From Balanoglossus misakiensis (taxonomy: Eukaryota > Animalia > Hemichordata), in NCBI GenBank assembly GCA_040954595.2, contig CM082590.2, forward strand, positions 6,324,001 to 6,388,000: a stretch of DNA of 64,000 nucleotides, given 5' to 3'. Shown here in pieces: positions 1 through 10,596 of this stretch. The stretch's first letter is position 1, and each line of letters begins with the position of its first letter. The notes beneath the pieces are model-generated. The model had not been told where the DNA came from. It did no database searches and saw only the letters and a list, made by a program, of their open reading frames with translations. Made by a program: the position numbers and the translations under genes.

Positions 1-85
1 CGGTGACCCCTAAATTTTAGTACAGTCTTTTTAATGCACAGGATATAAAGCTTGTTGTTATGAAGCTATGTTTTATTTGACACAG

Positions 86-1976
86 AGAGCAAATTACCAG
101 TTTTGCGAAGAGAAGCAATCCAACGCGGGTGCTGTGAAGAGAGAAGAGGTCCTACGCAAATTGGCAGCCGCTCACAACGCCTACATGGAGTTACTCAACA
201 ACTTGAGAGAGGGAACTAAGGTACAGAAATTGCTTACAGTGAAACCTGTGTCAGTGGCCACCTTTATATAGTGGCCACATCTGTATAGGGGCCACCTCTG
301 TATAGTGGCCACTTTGTTACAGTCATTGTGAATTTAACACAATCAAACTGGTGTATATTGACCAGTCAAGGGACTTTCCTATGTATGTATGTATGTATGT
401 ATGTATGTATGTATGTATGTATGTATGTATGTATGTACGTACGTATGTACGCATGTACGCATGTACGTATGCATGTATGTATGTATGTAGAGTAGGGTAG
501 TAGGAGAAGTGATAGGCGGTAAAATCTCTACAACGCTGTTTCGTGAGTCACTAGACTCACTCATCAGGAGACTAAACTGGCGAAAATGCAAGGGGGATGG
601 CTCGTTTATGTGCAGGTGGAATGTATAGACTGGTGATGTAAAACCAAAACATGCATGCATGTGTGTGTATGTGTGTCATGATATTTGGTGTCTTCAAAGT
701 CATTTTTGGATTATTTTTCAGTTTTACAATGATCTGACCCCACTGCTTGTCAGATACCAAAGCAAGGTTAGCGATTTGGTGTTTGCAAGGAAGACCGAAA
801 AGGAAGAATTAATGAAAGATTTACAGCAGAATATCGTGAATCAACCGACAGGTCCAGCCCCGGTTGCACCCACACATCATGGCGGCCAAAGTAAGAAGAC
901 ACCCTTTTCTTAAGTCTAGCGCCCTCACACAGCCATCATGAATTTGGGTGATGCCATTTTCCAATTCTCCCTACCTTAAATAGGTTTTAAGCTACCTAAG
1001 TGAGTGATGAAAATCTCATATGGTCGACATAATTTCAAGATGGCTGATTTTTGCCATGTTTAGGAAATGGGAGTTCATAAGCTAAAGTGACGATGGGTCA
1101 TTCTGAAACAGGTTGTACTGTATGTCTTTTCTATGTAAACCATGGTATAGAATCACCCCCCAGTTCCCTCTTTTGAGGTCCAACCTTACCGTAGAAAAAC
1201 AATGGGTTTGTTTTATAACACACCATGCAGCGAACCCTCGATCGTGATTTGTCAATACGCTGTCACGTGACCTTAGTCATTTCGAACTGTTCCCTAGGGC
1301 ATCAGTTTCTGCCCGGTACTGTTGCCTGGATGTGGTGTGTGTCGTGTTTGGTGTGTTATAAAACACATGATGACTGACATATTTGGGCAACAGTGTATTT
1401 TTGATGACCTCGGGACTGCCAGTCACACCAAAACAAGACTGTTTTAGTTGTGACTAGCAGCGCCCTCGGTCATCAAAATGCACTGTTGCCCTCATTGTCA
1501 GTCATCATGTGTATAATTAATGCATGCATGCATATGTACACACACGTGCATGCATGCATACATACACACACACACTCACACATACATATCATTTTTGTGT
1601 ATACTGAACCGTGTATAACCCATTTGTGATTTCAGGTCAAGCAGCCAGTCGCCAGCCACCACCACCACGACCACCACCGCCGGCGGCGGCATCCACCCAA
1701 CCACCGCAGCAGCCCCCGGCAACGGCGCCGCCCGCCTACGCACCGGCCTACGGGAGCCAGCCGTACCCGTACCCGGGCTACACCCCGCCCCCCATGCCGG
1801 GAGGGTACAATCCCTACGCTCAGATGACCTACCCCCCTCAACAACAACAACAACAACAGCAGCAGCAGCAGCCCTATCCCGGCCAACCTCAGTACGGGAA
1901 TCCCCCGTATCCGGCGCAAGCATACGGAAACCAACCTTATCCAGCTCAGCCCCAATATCCGTACCCAAGACAATAA
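86..1976 (+). CDS. PDCD6IP: PDCD6IP/ALIX, last three coding exons (end of V domain and proline-rich tail); gene starts upstream of window
   Basis: Exons 86-220, 722-890, 1636-1976 with GT-AG sites in compatible phase. [20 protein letters not shown]|[23 protein letters not shown] and the P/Y/Q-rich tail ([10 protein letters not shown]) match ALIX. Confidence 0.93.
380..488. repeat. (ATGT)n microsatellite
   Basis: Visible tetranucleotide repeat in an ALIX intron. Confidence 0.95.
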
Positions 1977-1997
1977 AAACAGACTAATAAAATTTAA

Positions 1998-2344
1998 AGG
2001 GACAAAGTCTCTCTCTCGCTGCCCTTTTTTCCATTAATTATGTTTGATACAAGCCACTGTTTATGTTACTGTAGATGTGGATATATAGTGAATCAATGAT
2101 CAACCACACAAAACTTTCATCCCACTTGTATGATATGAGAGTAAAAACTCGCCCAAAATGAATAAATGGTAAAGAACGATTATTCATGTTGGCGAGTTAT
2201 TCACTGTCGTGTCTACAAGCTGGATGGAAGTTGTGTGTGGTTGAACGTTCATTCGCTATACATCCACATGTAGAATAACAAACGGTGTCTTGTATCAAAC
2301 ATAATTAATGGAAAAAAGGGCAGCGAGAGAGAGACTTTGTCCCT
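1998..2344. mobile_element. MITE family A (palindromic, about 347 bp, TTAA TSD, AG..CT termini; Kolobok-like), reference copy
   Basis: TTAA|AGGGACAAAGTCTCTCTCTCG...GAGAGAGACTTTGTCCCT|TTAA. Other full or partial copies at about 2661-3007, 4140-4449, 8155-8650, 8945-9279, 10960-11257, 12939-14199, 16780-17125, 17505-17720, 23036-23504, 24891-25205, 33146-33461, 53688-54440, 54850-55027, 58306-58653, 60698-61103. TTAA TSD with RR..YY ends is the Kolobok signature. Confidence 0.9.
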
Positions 2345-3800
2345 TTAAGGGAAGGGGGTCGTCGCGCCGCGAGGACATTGCTTATGTAAATGAAAAAAAA
2401 TGATATCATATGTCACCTAATTTTAAAATTTACTTTTACATAGTTTAAAACCTGTGTACATAAAATTGGCACCTAGATAGAAATCTGATACAGTGGATTA
2501 TTTTGCTGGTTACCATAGTGATATGTAGATGCTGTTTGAAACTCAAAGCAGCTATGTTTTAAAGGGCCAAGATTATCTTATGCACATGCGCCAAACCAAA
2601 GAAAAATTATACAACTGTATACATGTACAGTCAATGCCATAAGGCAGTGTGCTGTCTTAAAGGGACAAAGTCTCTCTCTCGCTGCCCTTTTTTCATTAAT
2701 TATGTTTGATACAAGACACCATTTATATTATTCTGCATGTGGATATGTAGTGGATCAACGTTCAACTACACACAACTTCCACCCCACTTGTAGACACGAG
2801 AGTGAAAAACTCACCAAAATGAATAATCAGTGTTTACCATTTATTCATTTTGGCAAGATTTTTTCTCTCATCTCCTCCATACGGGATGGAAGTTGTGTGT
2901 AGTCGAACGTTGATTCACTATATATCCACATGTAGAATAACATAAACAGTGTCTTGTATCAAATATAATTAATGGAAAAGGGGCAGCTGGAGAGAGATTT
3001 TGTCCCTTTAACTACTGGTCAAAATAGCAGTGACTAAAGTCTGTGTCGAAGACCGGGAAAAGACAGCAAATTGGGTGAAAAGAAGGGACAAAACTTGAGT
3101 CTACATTGTACGTATAGTGTGCATGAACACCCCCACCCCATCCCCACCCCAATGGAGAACCCTGTGTTCAGAAATTTTATACCGTAGAGATGAAACAGAA
3201 ATGGCCGTAAACCCAACATTTTGCAAAGACACTTATTTGTTTAGAATAATCATTATTTACATATGATAGTTATTATACCCTTTCACTTAATCTTTAATTA
3301 GTCTCTTATATTCTGTGGCCTGAAGGGACAAAGTCTCTCTCTCCCTATCCTCCTTTCATTTATTATGGAAAAAACTTCAACAAGAGAGACTTTGTCCCTT
3401 CAATATTTCTAATTTGAATTTTCCAGTCTGGTATACTTGAAGTTGTACACTGAAGGAATTTTATTTTAAAATTACACAAATAATACACAAGATTTCAAAT
3501 GAATAGAAAGTTTGTTTTTAAATGTAGTCAATGGCCGCTACTGTCTAGAATATCTCTATTTTTTTTTGTAATTTTAGTCAGAATTTTTCGTTTCTATAAC
3601 TCGTCTGCTTTGGTATAAAACTTATGGTTCTTTGCAGTCTGAGAGATTATGGACAATAATTTGAAATTGAGACCCATGACGCGAAAACATTATTTTCAAT
3701 CCATAAATCATTGGTTAAGGCAACAAGTCAATGATTTCTGATATTTTTTTGATTTTGTAAGAAATCAAGGTCTTCTTTGGCAGCAAAAGTGACTTGGTTA

Positions 3801-3893
3801 TTAACCCTTTCACCACCATAGTTCAGTCCAAACCCATTGTTTTCTATGGTATGGTTGGACTTCTGAATAGGGAACTGGGGTTGAAAGGGTTAA
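3801..3893. mobile_element. Short piggyBac-like MITE (TTAA|CCCTTT...AAAGGG|TTAA), reference copy
   Basis: About 90 bp with CCC..GGG termini and TTAA TSD. Related copies near 1140-1210, 17126-17218, 18470-18690, 33837-33928, 36299-36392, 37059-37151, 37486-37580. Confidence 0.8.
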
Positions 3894-4998
3894 ATCTATA
3901 TGCATAACTTTCTTAATAAACTACAGCAGGCCTTATGAGCTAATACTGGTCTTTGTGTGTCAATCCCCCCCCCATTGATGTGACTGTATTCTTTACTATC
4001 AATCACATGATCTGGCCATGTGACCCACGGCATTGTCATTTCCAGGTGACGGGCAAACAATATTTTGGCGTCCAGTATAAGTTCCTCCGAGTATGTTTTT
4101 ACTTTAGAACCGCCAGACATGTATCAGGTATGGTGCCTAATTTTGATACAAGACACTGTCTATGTTAATGTACATGTGTACATATATGTAGTAAATCAAC
4201 GTTCAACCACACGCAACTTCCATCCTACTTGTAGACACGAGTGAAAAAAATCGCCAAAATGAATAATCGGTCTCTTCCATTTATTCATTTTGGGCCAGAT
4301 TTTTACTGTCATATCATACAAGTAGGATGGAATTTGTGTGTGGTCGAAGTTTGTTTCACTATATATCCACCGTGTAGAATAAAATAAACAGTGTCTTGTA
4401 TCAAACATGATTACTGGAAAAGGGGCAGTAAGAAAGAGACTTTGTCCCTTTAATATATGAGAAAAATCAAATGAAGGCAGATTGTTTTCTGAAAACTTTG
4501 TGTAGTGGAACCGCTTGCCCACCTGCCTCCTTTTCAGAATTTTAAAAGGACGCAAAACAAAGAATTTACTTACGTTGGCCTTATTTGTGTACACAGCACT
4601 TCACAGCGCGTATTTAGGTCATACAATATATCAACGTCTTCACACAAATTTTACATATTTCTAGTTATATTTATTTCTTTTCTACTGAATGAAAGTGGTC
4701 GCAATGGCCAAGATATTTTCAAAATTTACAATGGTACTTTTCTCGACATATTTTGGTGGAAATTTATCTAAATTATTATTCTTGCATGACAGTAGCATCT
4801 TTCAGAAAAATTGGTCAAAACATGATCGTTAAGATATAGATAAAAGGGTTGGTGTGTTTCCCGATGTCGAAATTCATCACAAAAATGAAATTCATCAATT
4901 GTTTTTAGGAAAGCGACGATTCGAAAATATTTTACATGATGCTTGTCAAAAATTGTTCACATAACACGTAGGGGTGTTACCTCCCTGATTTTAAGTTG

Positions 4999-5754
4999 TC
5001 ATTTTTCTTCTGGTGTGAAATTTGGTTTGAGATCTTTCAGAGTCACAATTTCGTCGGTTAATGTAAAAATACGTGTCCTCTGTTCGTCAATTATTCGCTG
5101 TTTACTGTCCGAAATCGCAGTCCTGGCTTCTTTATCCCGTTGTCTCTTCATTTTCTCAATTTTAAGTTTGTCTTCAAGTTCCGTCACATATGATTCCAGG
5201 CGCATGTATTCTCTAACTAAATCACCCTTACTCATATTATGGAGATTCTCCTCGTGTAGTCTCTCGTACGTCTCCGAGAAATCCTTCTGGAAAAACTGTC
5301 CCTCGCCATCGCTGTCGTACTTTTCGTCCGAGGAATCGTAACTTTCCTGCCTGGAATATTTGCCATCCGTGTTCAAATCCGGGGTGTTTACTTTGTGGTC
5401 TTCCATCAGGAACTGCGTTGTGTTGTACGGTGTCAGTCGATCTTTGCGTTTTTCCTCGGCCCGCCTCGCTTCTCGCTCCTCCAGACTCTTCTTCTCCTGC
5501 CAAGTCATCTCGGTGTACGGTTTCCACTTTCTTTTCCCCTTCTTGCGGCGGTGTTTCTTCTTCGACTGCCCGTTGGACTGCAGGCCATCCTCCCTGGTCA
5601 CAGCGACGTTGTCGACACGTACACGCGCACACTTCACGGGGGACTTCCCGTCCACCACCGAGGGGCTGAACTCGCCCGAGTCGTCTCGCTGATCGCCTCC
5701 GCTTTCGTCCATCCTCTCCCGATATGAGTTCACAGTCCTTTCCACGCTTAGCAT
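4999..5754 (-). CDS. HEXIM1: HEXIM (P-TEFb inhibitor, 7SK-binding), single coding exon, 251 aa
   Basis: Basic RNA-binding motif KKKHRRKKGKRKWKPY, PYNTTQFLM motif, acidic region, KDFSETYE and C-terminal coiled coil. Confidence 0.95.
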   Translation of the reverse strand: MLSVERTVNSYRERMDESGGDQRDDSGEFSPSVVDGKSPVKCARVRVDNVAVTREDGLQSNGQSKKKHRRKKGKRKWKPYTEMTWQEKKSLEEREARRAEEKRKDRLTPYNTTQFLMEDHKVNTPDLNTDGKYSRQESYDSSDEKYDSDGEGQFFQKDFSETYERLHEENLHNMSKGDLVREYMRLESYVTELEDKLKIEKMKRQRDKEARTAISDSKQRIIDEQRTRIFTLTDEIVTLKDLKPNFTPEEK

Positions 5755-7364
5755 CGCACTCCCCTAAGTCATAGAAACGGCCCACACAACCGAAAACTGC
5801 CAAGAAATGCTTGGAAATTACAGCGTCTTTTACAATCCATCCACCTCTACAGACCCGCAGCTTCCAACTGATTAAACGGCTGGACGTGATCCGCTCTTCT
5901 TTGGCACGTAAATAATATCCCTACGCCAAAAATATTCCGGAAGTTGCCAAATTCGTACTACCTTCATAGCAACTGTAACAAATATCACTCAATAACATAT
6001 TTGAATTTCTATATAATTTATTTTTTACTCGATTTATTCTGAATGAGGATGTTTTATGCAATGTTTCTGGTGAAAATTAGGCACCGCGGATGAATACCGC
6101 AGATATGCTAATTCGATGGTATATGAAAATAGACCGTGGCATGAGGTCACAGTTAGAGGTCAACTTGCTTTGCACTCATCTGTTTGTGGTGGGGGAGGTA
6201 CATTCTGTGAATGAAATTAAGATATTGCAACATATGTAACTTACACGAATGTAAAAGCAAGTGCGAGAGTTACTCTCACTTACAAGGGTGCATGTGATTC
6301 CCTAGTCACCGACATCATTATTGAATCTGTGTCACAAATAGGGAACATATCTCGCCATATCGCATACATACAAATGAACTACAGCTGGGTACGGGTGCGT
6401 GTGTGAGCAAATTTGAACTGGTCATCGGTGCAAAGAGATACACGCCCCATTTCTTTTGCTGTGTAGAATTGGCGGCGTGATTTCACCAGATCTCACGACA
6501 GACCATCCATTTTGTATTCGCTAATGTTTATTACATGTAAACAGGGGAGATAGAAGTGATACGTTTACAATCCAAAGTCTGGTTTGTTTGTTTTTTCGAA
6601 TCGGCCTTGTTGTTTCGACTGCATTAATAATGAATGCATACCCTCCCATTTTGGCTCAAGATTGATCGCAGTGTTCTTCAAGTAGATTAAATCCGACACC
6701 AGCAATTTGAGAAGTTGCTGTCAATTTTGAGATGCAGCCCTAGATCAACGTGAACGACAACGTGCAGCCAATAATTTGTACAGGAATTTTTTCTCAAGCA
6801 TTCTCTTGCAAGAGGGGGCGTAGTTCATGATCTACTGCACTTGTTTTTGTGTGTTCATGTGCTTTCAAATAGCGGAACTCGGGCTCCGATTAAGTTGTTA
6901 TTTGTTTGTTTACTCCGCACAAGTCCCTGGGCTCCCTTAGAAGAACAAAATTTTCAATGCTGACGCTCAGCAGGGCAGTGGGGCTATAACTCTACATGTG
7001 ATTTTTATCCGATTGGGGATACCTGCAGACATACAATGTATATTCAGAGATGCAGACACAGACAGTTACAAATACACAGACAGACATAGCTGTGGAAAGG
7101 CAGCTGTTCCACCGGTGGGGGGATATGCTAATTTCCCACAGATAATTAGCATACCCCACCCCCGGTGGAACAGCTACATTCCCACAGCTGAGATAGACAC
7201 AGTGACACAATACTGTTTCTGAGTTTTTATTATTTCATATAAATAAAAAATTCCAAACATTGGTAACTTGACATGTGAAAGTTTGCATTTGTTTGTTTAT
7301 AAACATTACAATTCATCCACAAATAAGACAATTCTTAGAATTAACGAATCAGCCAACCATAGCA

Positions 7365-7852
7365 TAGACTGGGCATGACAGCAACTGAAGATCCTAGTAA
7401 GTTGTGGTGACTGCAGTGGGGTTTGTGCTGGAATGGGAGGACATATTCTCATCAAGGGGGGACACCCACGCGGCGCGACGACCCCTTCCCTTTAGCGTAG
7501 ACTGGGCATGACAGCAACTGAAGATCCTAGTAAGTTGTCGTGACTGCAGTGGGGTTTGTGCTGGAATGGGAGGACATATTCTCATCAAGGGGACACCCAC
7601 GCAGCACGACGACCCCTTCCCTTTAGTGTAGTCTGGGCATGACAGCAACTGAAGATCCTAGTAGGTCGTGGCGACTGCAGTGGGGTTTGTGCTGGAATGG
7701 GAGGACATATTCTCATCAAGGGGGACACCCACGCAGCACGACGACCCCTTCCCTTTAGTGTAGTCTGGGCATGACAGCAACTGAAGATCCTAGTAAGTTG
7801 TGGTGACTGCAGTGGGGTTTGTGCTGGTATGGGAGGACATATTCTCATCAAG
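7365..7852. repeat. Tandem repeat, about 132-bp unit, about 3.7 copies, in probable FMC1 3'UTR
   Basis: Unit TAGACTGGGCATGACAGCAACTGAAGATCC... starts near 7365, 7498, 7629, 7761. Confidence 0.9.
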
Positions 7853-8010
7853 GGGGGGGGGGGGGGGACACTTTTCCTTTAAAACTTTACGGAATGCAAT
7901 AATCCTTGTCATGTGTCCAGTGATTTCGAAAAAGAATAAGAAGCAAAAGCATGTGATGAACGAAGAAAGTTCTGATCAATCCATTGCAGACTGTGTGAGT
8001 ACCGGTAATG

Positions 8011-9885
8011 CTAGGTGTTGGGGTCCGGCTTGGAGGGCAGTTCAAACCCGACCATCCGAGCTGTGGATTCCACACTTCGATCGCCGTGACCTCGGTGTTC
8101 TTCGTGTAGTTCCTGAAACGGTCAATGAAGAGTTCACAGTGAGTTGGACATTAAAGGGACAAAGTCTCTCTCTCGCTGCCCTTTTTCCTTTAATTATATT
8201 TGATACAAGACACTGTTTATGTTATTCTACATGTGGATATGTAGTGAATCAACGTTCGACCACACACACCTCCCAGGACAAAGTCTCTCTCTCGCTGCCC
8301 TTTTTCCTTTAATTATATTTGATACAAGACACTGTTTATGTTGTTCTACATGTGTATATATTTTAAATCAATGTTTGACCACACACACCTCCCAGGACAA
8401 AGTCTCTCTCTCGCTGCCCTTTTCCCATTAATTATGTTTGATACAAGACACCGTTCATGTTATTCTACATGTGGATATATAGTGAATCAACGTTCAACCA
8501 CACACACCTTCTATCCCGTTTGTAGGATATGCGAGTAAAAATTCTCGCCAAAATGAATAAACAGTAAACCCTGATTATTCATTTTGGCGAGTTTTTCACT
8601 CTCATGTTTACACTGGGATGGAAGGTGTTTGTAGTCGAACATTGATCGATGCAGAGAAATACGTAGTTTGCGAAAGTTTATCGCTCGCGAAAATTTCCCG
8701 TTTTACAGTAGTCTTGGAAGTTGAAGCCAGTCTTACCTGGTATATACGTATATTGGACAGCAACGTGAGGTACGTCTGTGCTTTGTGTTGCATCTCATTT
8801 TGTCCTTTGCAGACTTTTTCACTCGTCACTTGATGTTTGCGATATTCACTCATCATGAAGTTGAACGCCAATGAGTTTCTCACTGGTCTCTGTCAATACA
8901 CAAAAAAAGTTACCACATTTCAGATTTGCTATCGGATGTATTTTATCTCGCTGCCCTTTTTCCATTAATTATATTTGATATAAGACAATGTTTATGTTAT
9001 ACTACATGTGGATATATAGTGAATCAATGTTCCACCACACACAACTTCCATCCCATTTGTAGGATATGAGAGTGAAAAACTCGCCAAAATGAATAATTGG
9101 TGTTTACTATTTATTCATTTTGCCGGGATTTTTACTCTCATATCCTATAGACACTGACAGAATGGAAGTTGTGTGTCGTTGAATGTTGATTTTCTATACA
9201 TTCACATGTAGAATAACATGGACGGTGTCTTGTATCTAACATAATTAATGGAACAAGGGCAGCGAGAGACATTGTCCCTTTAAAGGAACATTCTGTCAAT
9301 ACACAAAAAAAGTTACCACATTTCAGATTTGCTATCCTTTGTATTTTAAAGGGACATTAGCTGTAACTTTCAGGTAAATTTTCAGTATTTTTGTTCTGTG
9401 TATCAAATGCCAATTTCTTGTTCTACTCCAAACAGCATACTGATATACACAAAACACACATACTGAAATTGTAGTGAAAAGAATCAGCTAGTGGACCTTT
9501 AAATTAAACTATGAGTGGCCAGTAGGCCAGGGAATTGGTGAATGAAACTTTATTAGGTTTTTCACACCAAGTCTAGTCTGGAATCCAGACCGAGTGTGTT
9601 TTCGATTCACCAACAGGGATCTGGAGTCGTGGTCTTCTGTCGTCGATTTTAGAATTTTGCTGTTCAACTACAACCTCATAGATTGGTCCATGGCAACTCC
9701 TGCATTTCGAAGTGTAGAGAAACCAGCCAATCAGACAGAGTTACACGACTGTTGTGGCGGGTCAAACATTGTCTGGAGTCTAGATATCTCTCTTATACAT
9801 ATGTACTTACATTTCTGTGGCAATGTCTTAGTTCTTTGACAATCGACCTCAAAACCGACATCGTCTGCAATGATGTTGTTGACAT
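8011..9885 (-). CDS. FMC1: FMC1 (C7orf55-like) mitochondrial complex V assembly factor, 109 aa
   Basis: Exons 9885-9811 (MSTTSLQTMSVLRSIVKELRHCHRN), 8889-8737 (RPVRNSLAF..YRKHQVTSEKVCKGQNEMQHKAQTYLTLL..YQ), 8112-8011 (ELHEEHRGHGDRSVESTARMVGFELPSKPDPNT*). All phase-0 GT-AG. HxVTSEKxC and GxRSVE motifs match FMC1. Probable non-coding first-exon donor at 10041. Confidence 0.9.
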
Positions 9886-10040
9886 GTTGTGTACAAATGC
9901 GGATTTTCTGCGTGTATCCTAAAACAAAACAAAATTGATTTACAAATCTTTGTTTTGCTCATTTACTAATAAGTAGATATTTATATTTAGCAAAATGTGT
10001 TCACTAGAATAAAGATATTTTCTTAAAATCTTCATCTCAC

Positions 10041-10444
10041 CAGATGCACCGCACACCAGCTCGGAGTTCTAACCTTTGACCCCGTGATGACCCAAAGCTT
10101 TTGACCCCAGACACCCTCTCTCAAAAATCGAACAGAAAACAAGTAAGCTACGCGACATTAGACCACTTTTTGTACCGTACTGCTTTACATATACTATTTC
10201 AATACAAGTATCAGTCATTCTAATTGGCATTTTGTATCAAAATAGGAATTATGAAAGCGTTCATGTTTTCAATAAAAATAGCAACAGGATCGAGGACAAC
10301 CTTGCATAAGCTCAATGACGTAATATCCGGTTTTCAGACCGTCGTCAGCTGTTTCACGTCGAGTGAATGTGGTATGTTTCATGTATATGTCGATACTGTG
10401 AGAGCGCTTGTAGGAAATTAAACACCTGTATTCCCACCAAAAAG
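10041..10444. promoter_or_regulatory. Putative bidirectional promoter and non-coding first exons of FMC1 (-) and MTRR (+)
   Basis: Minus-strand donor (CTG|GTGAGA) at 10041 and plus-strand donor (AAG|GTAAGA) at 10444 face away from each other; both genes have acceptors just upstream of their ATGs. Confidence 0.55.
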
Positions 10445-10596
10445 GTAAGATTTTCCCTCTTTGATGTCATCGTTGTAGTTGAAAACACGACGACTTGGTT
10501 TGTTTTGCCGTCAACACACAAAGTAAAGCAAGGCAAAACCTCTAGCTTCTGAATTGCAACCAAGCTATGGTCTTATATTTTCAGCTGACACTCACC

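Noticed and set aside
1838-1870. PolyQ tract in ALIX
   Set aside because: Short Q runs in a low-complexity tail are ordinary.
8219-8538. Recurring ORFs such as [11 protein letters not shown] and MFDTRH
   Set aside because: Translations of the family A MITE, not a gene family.
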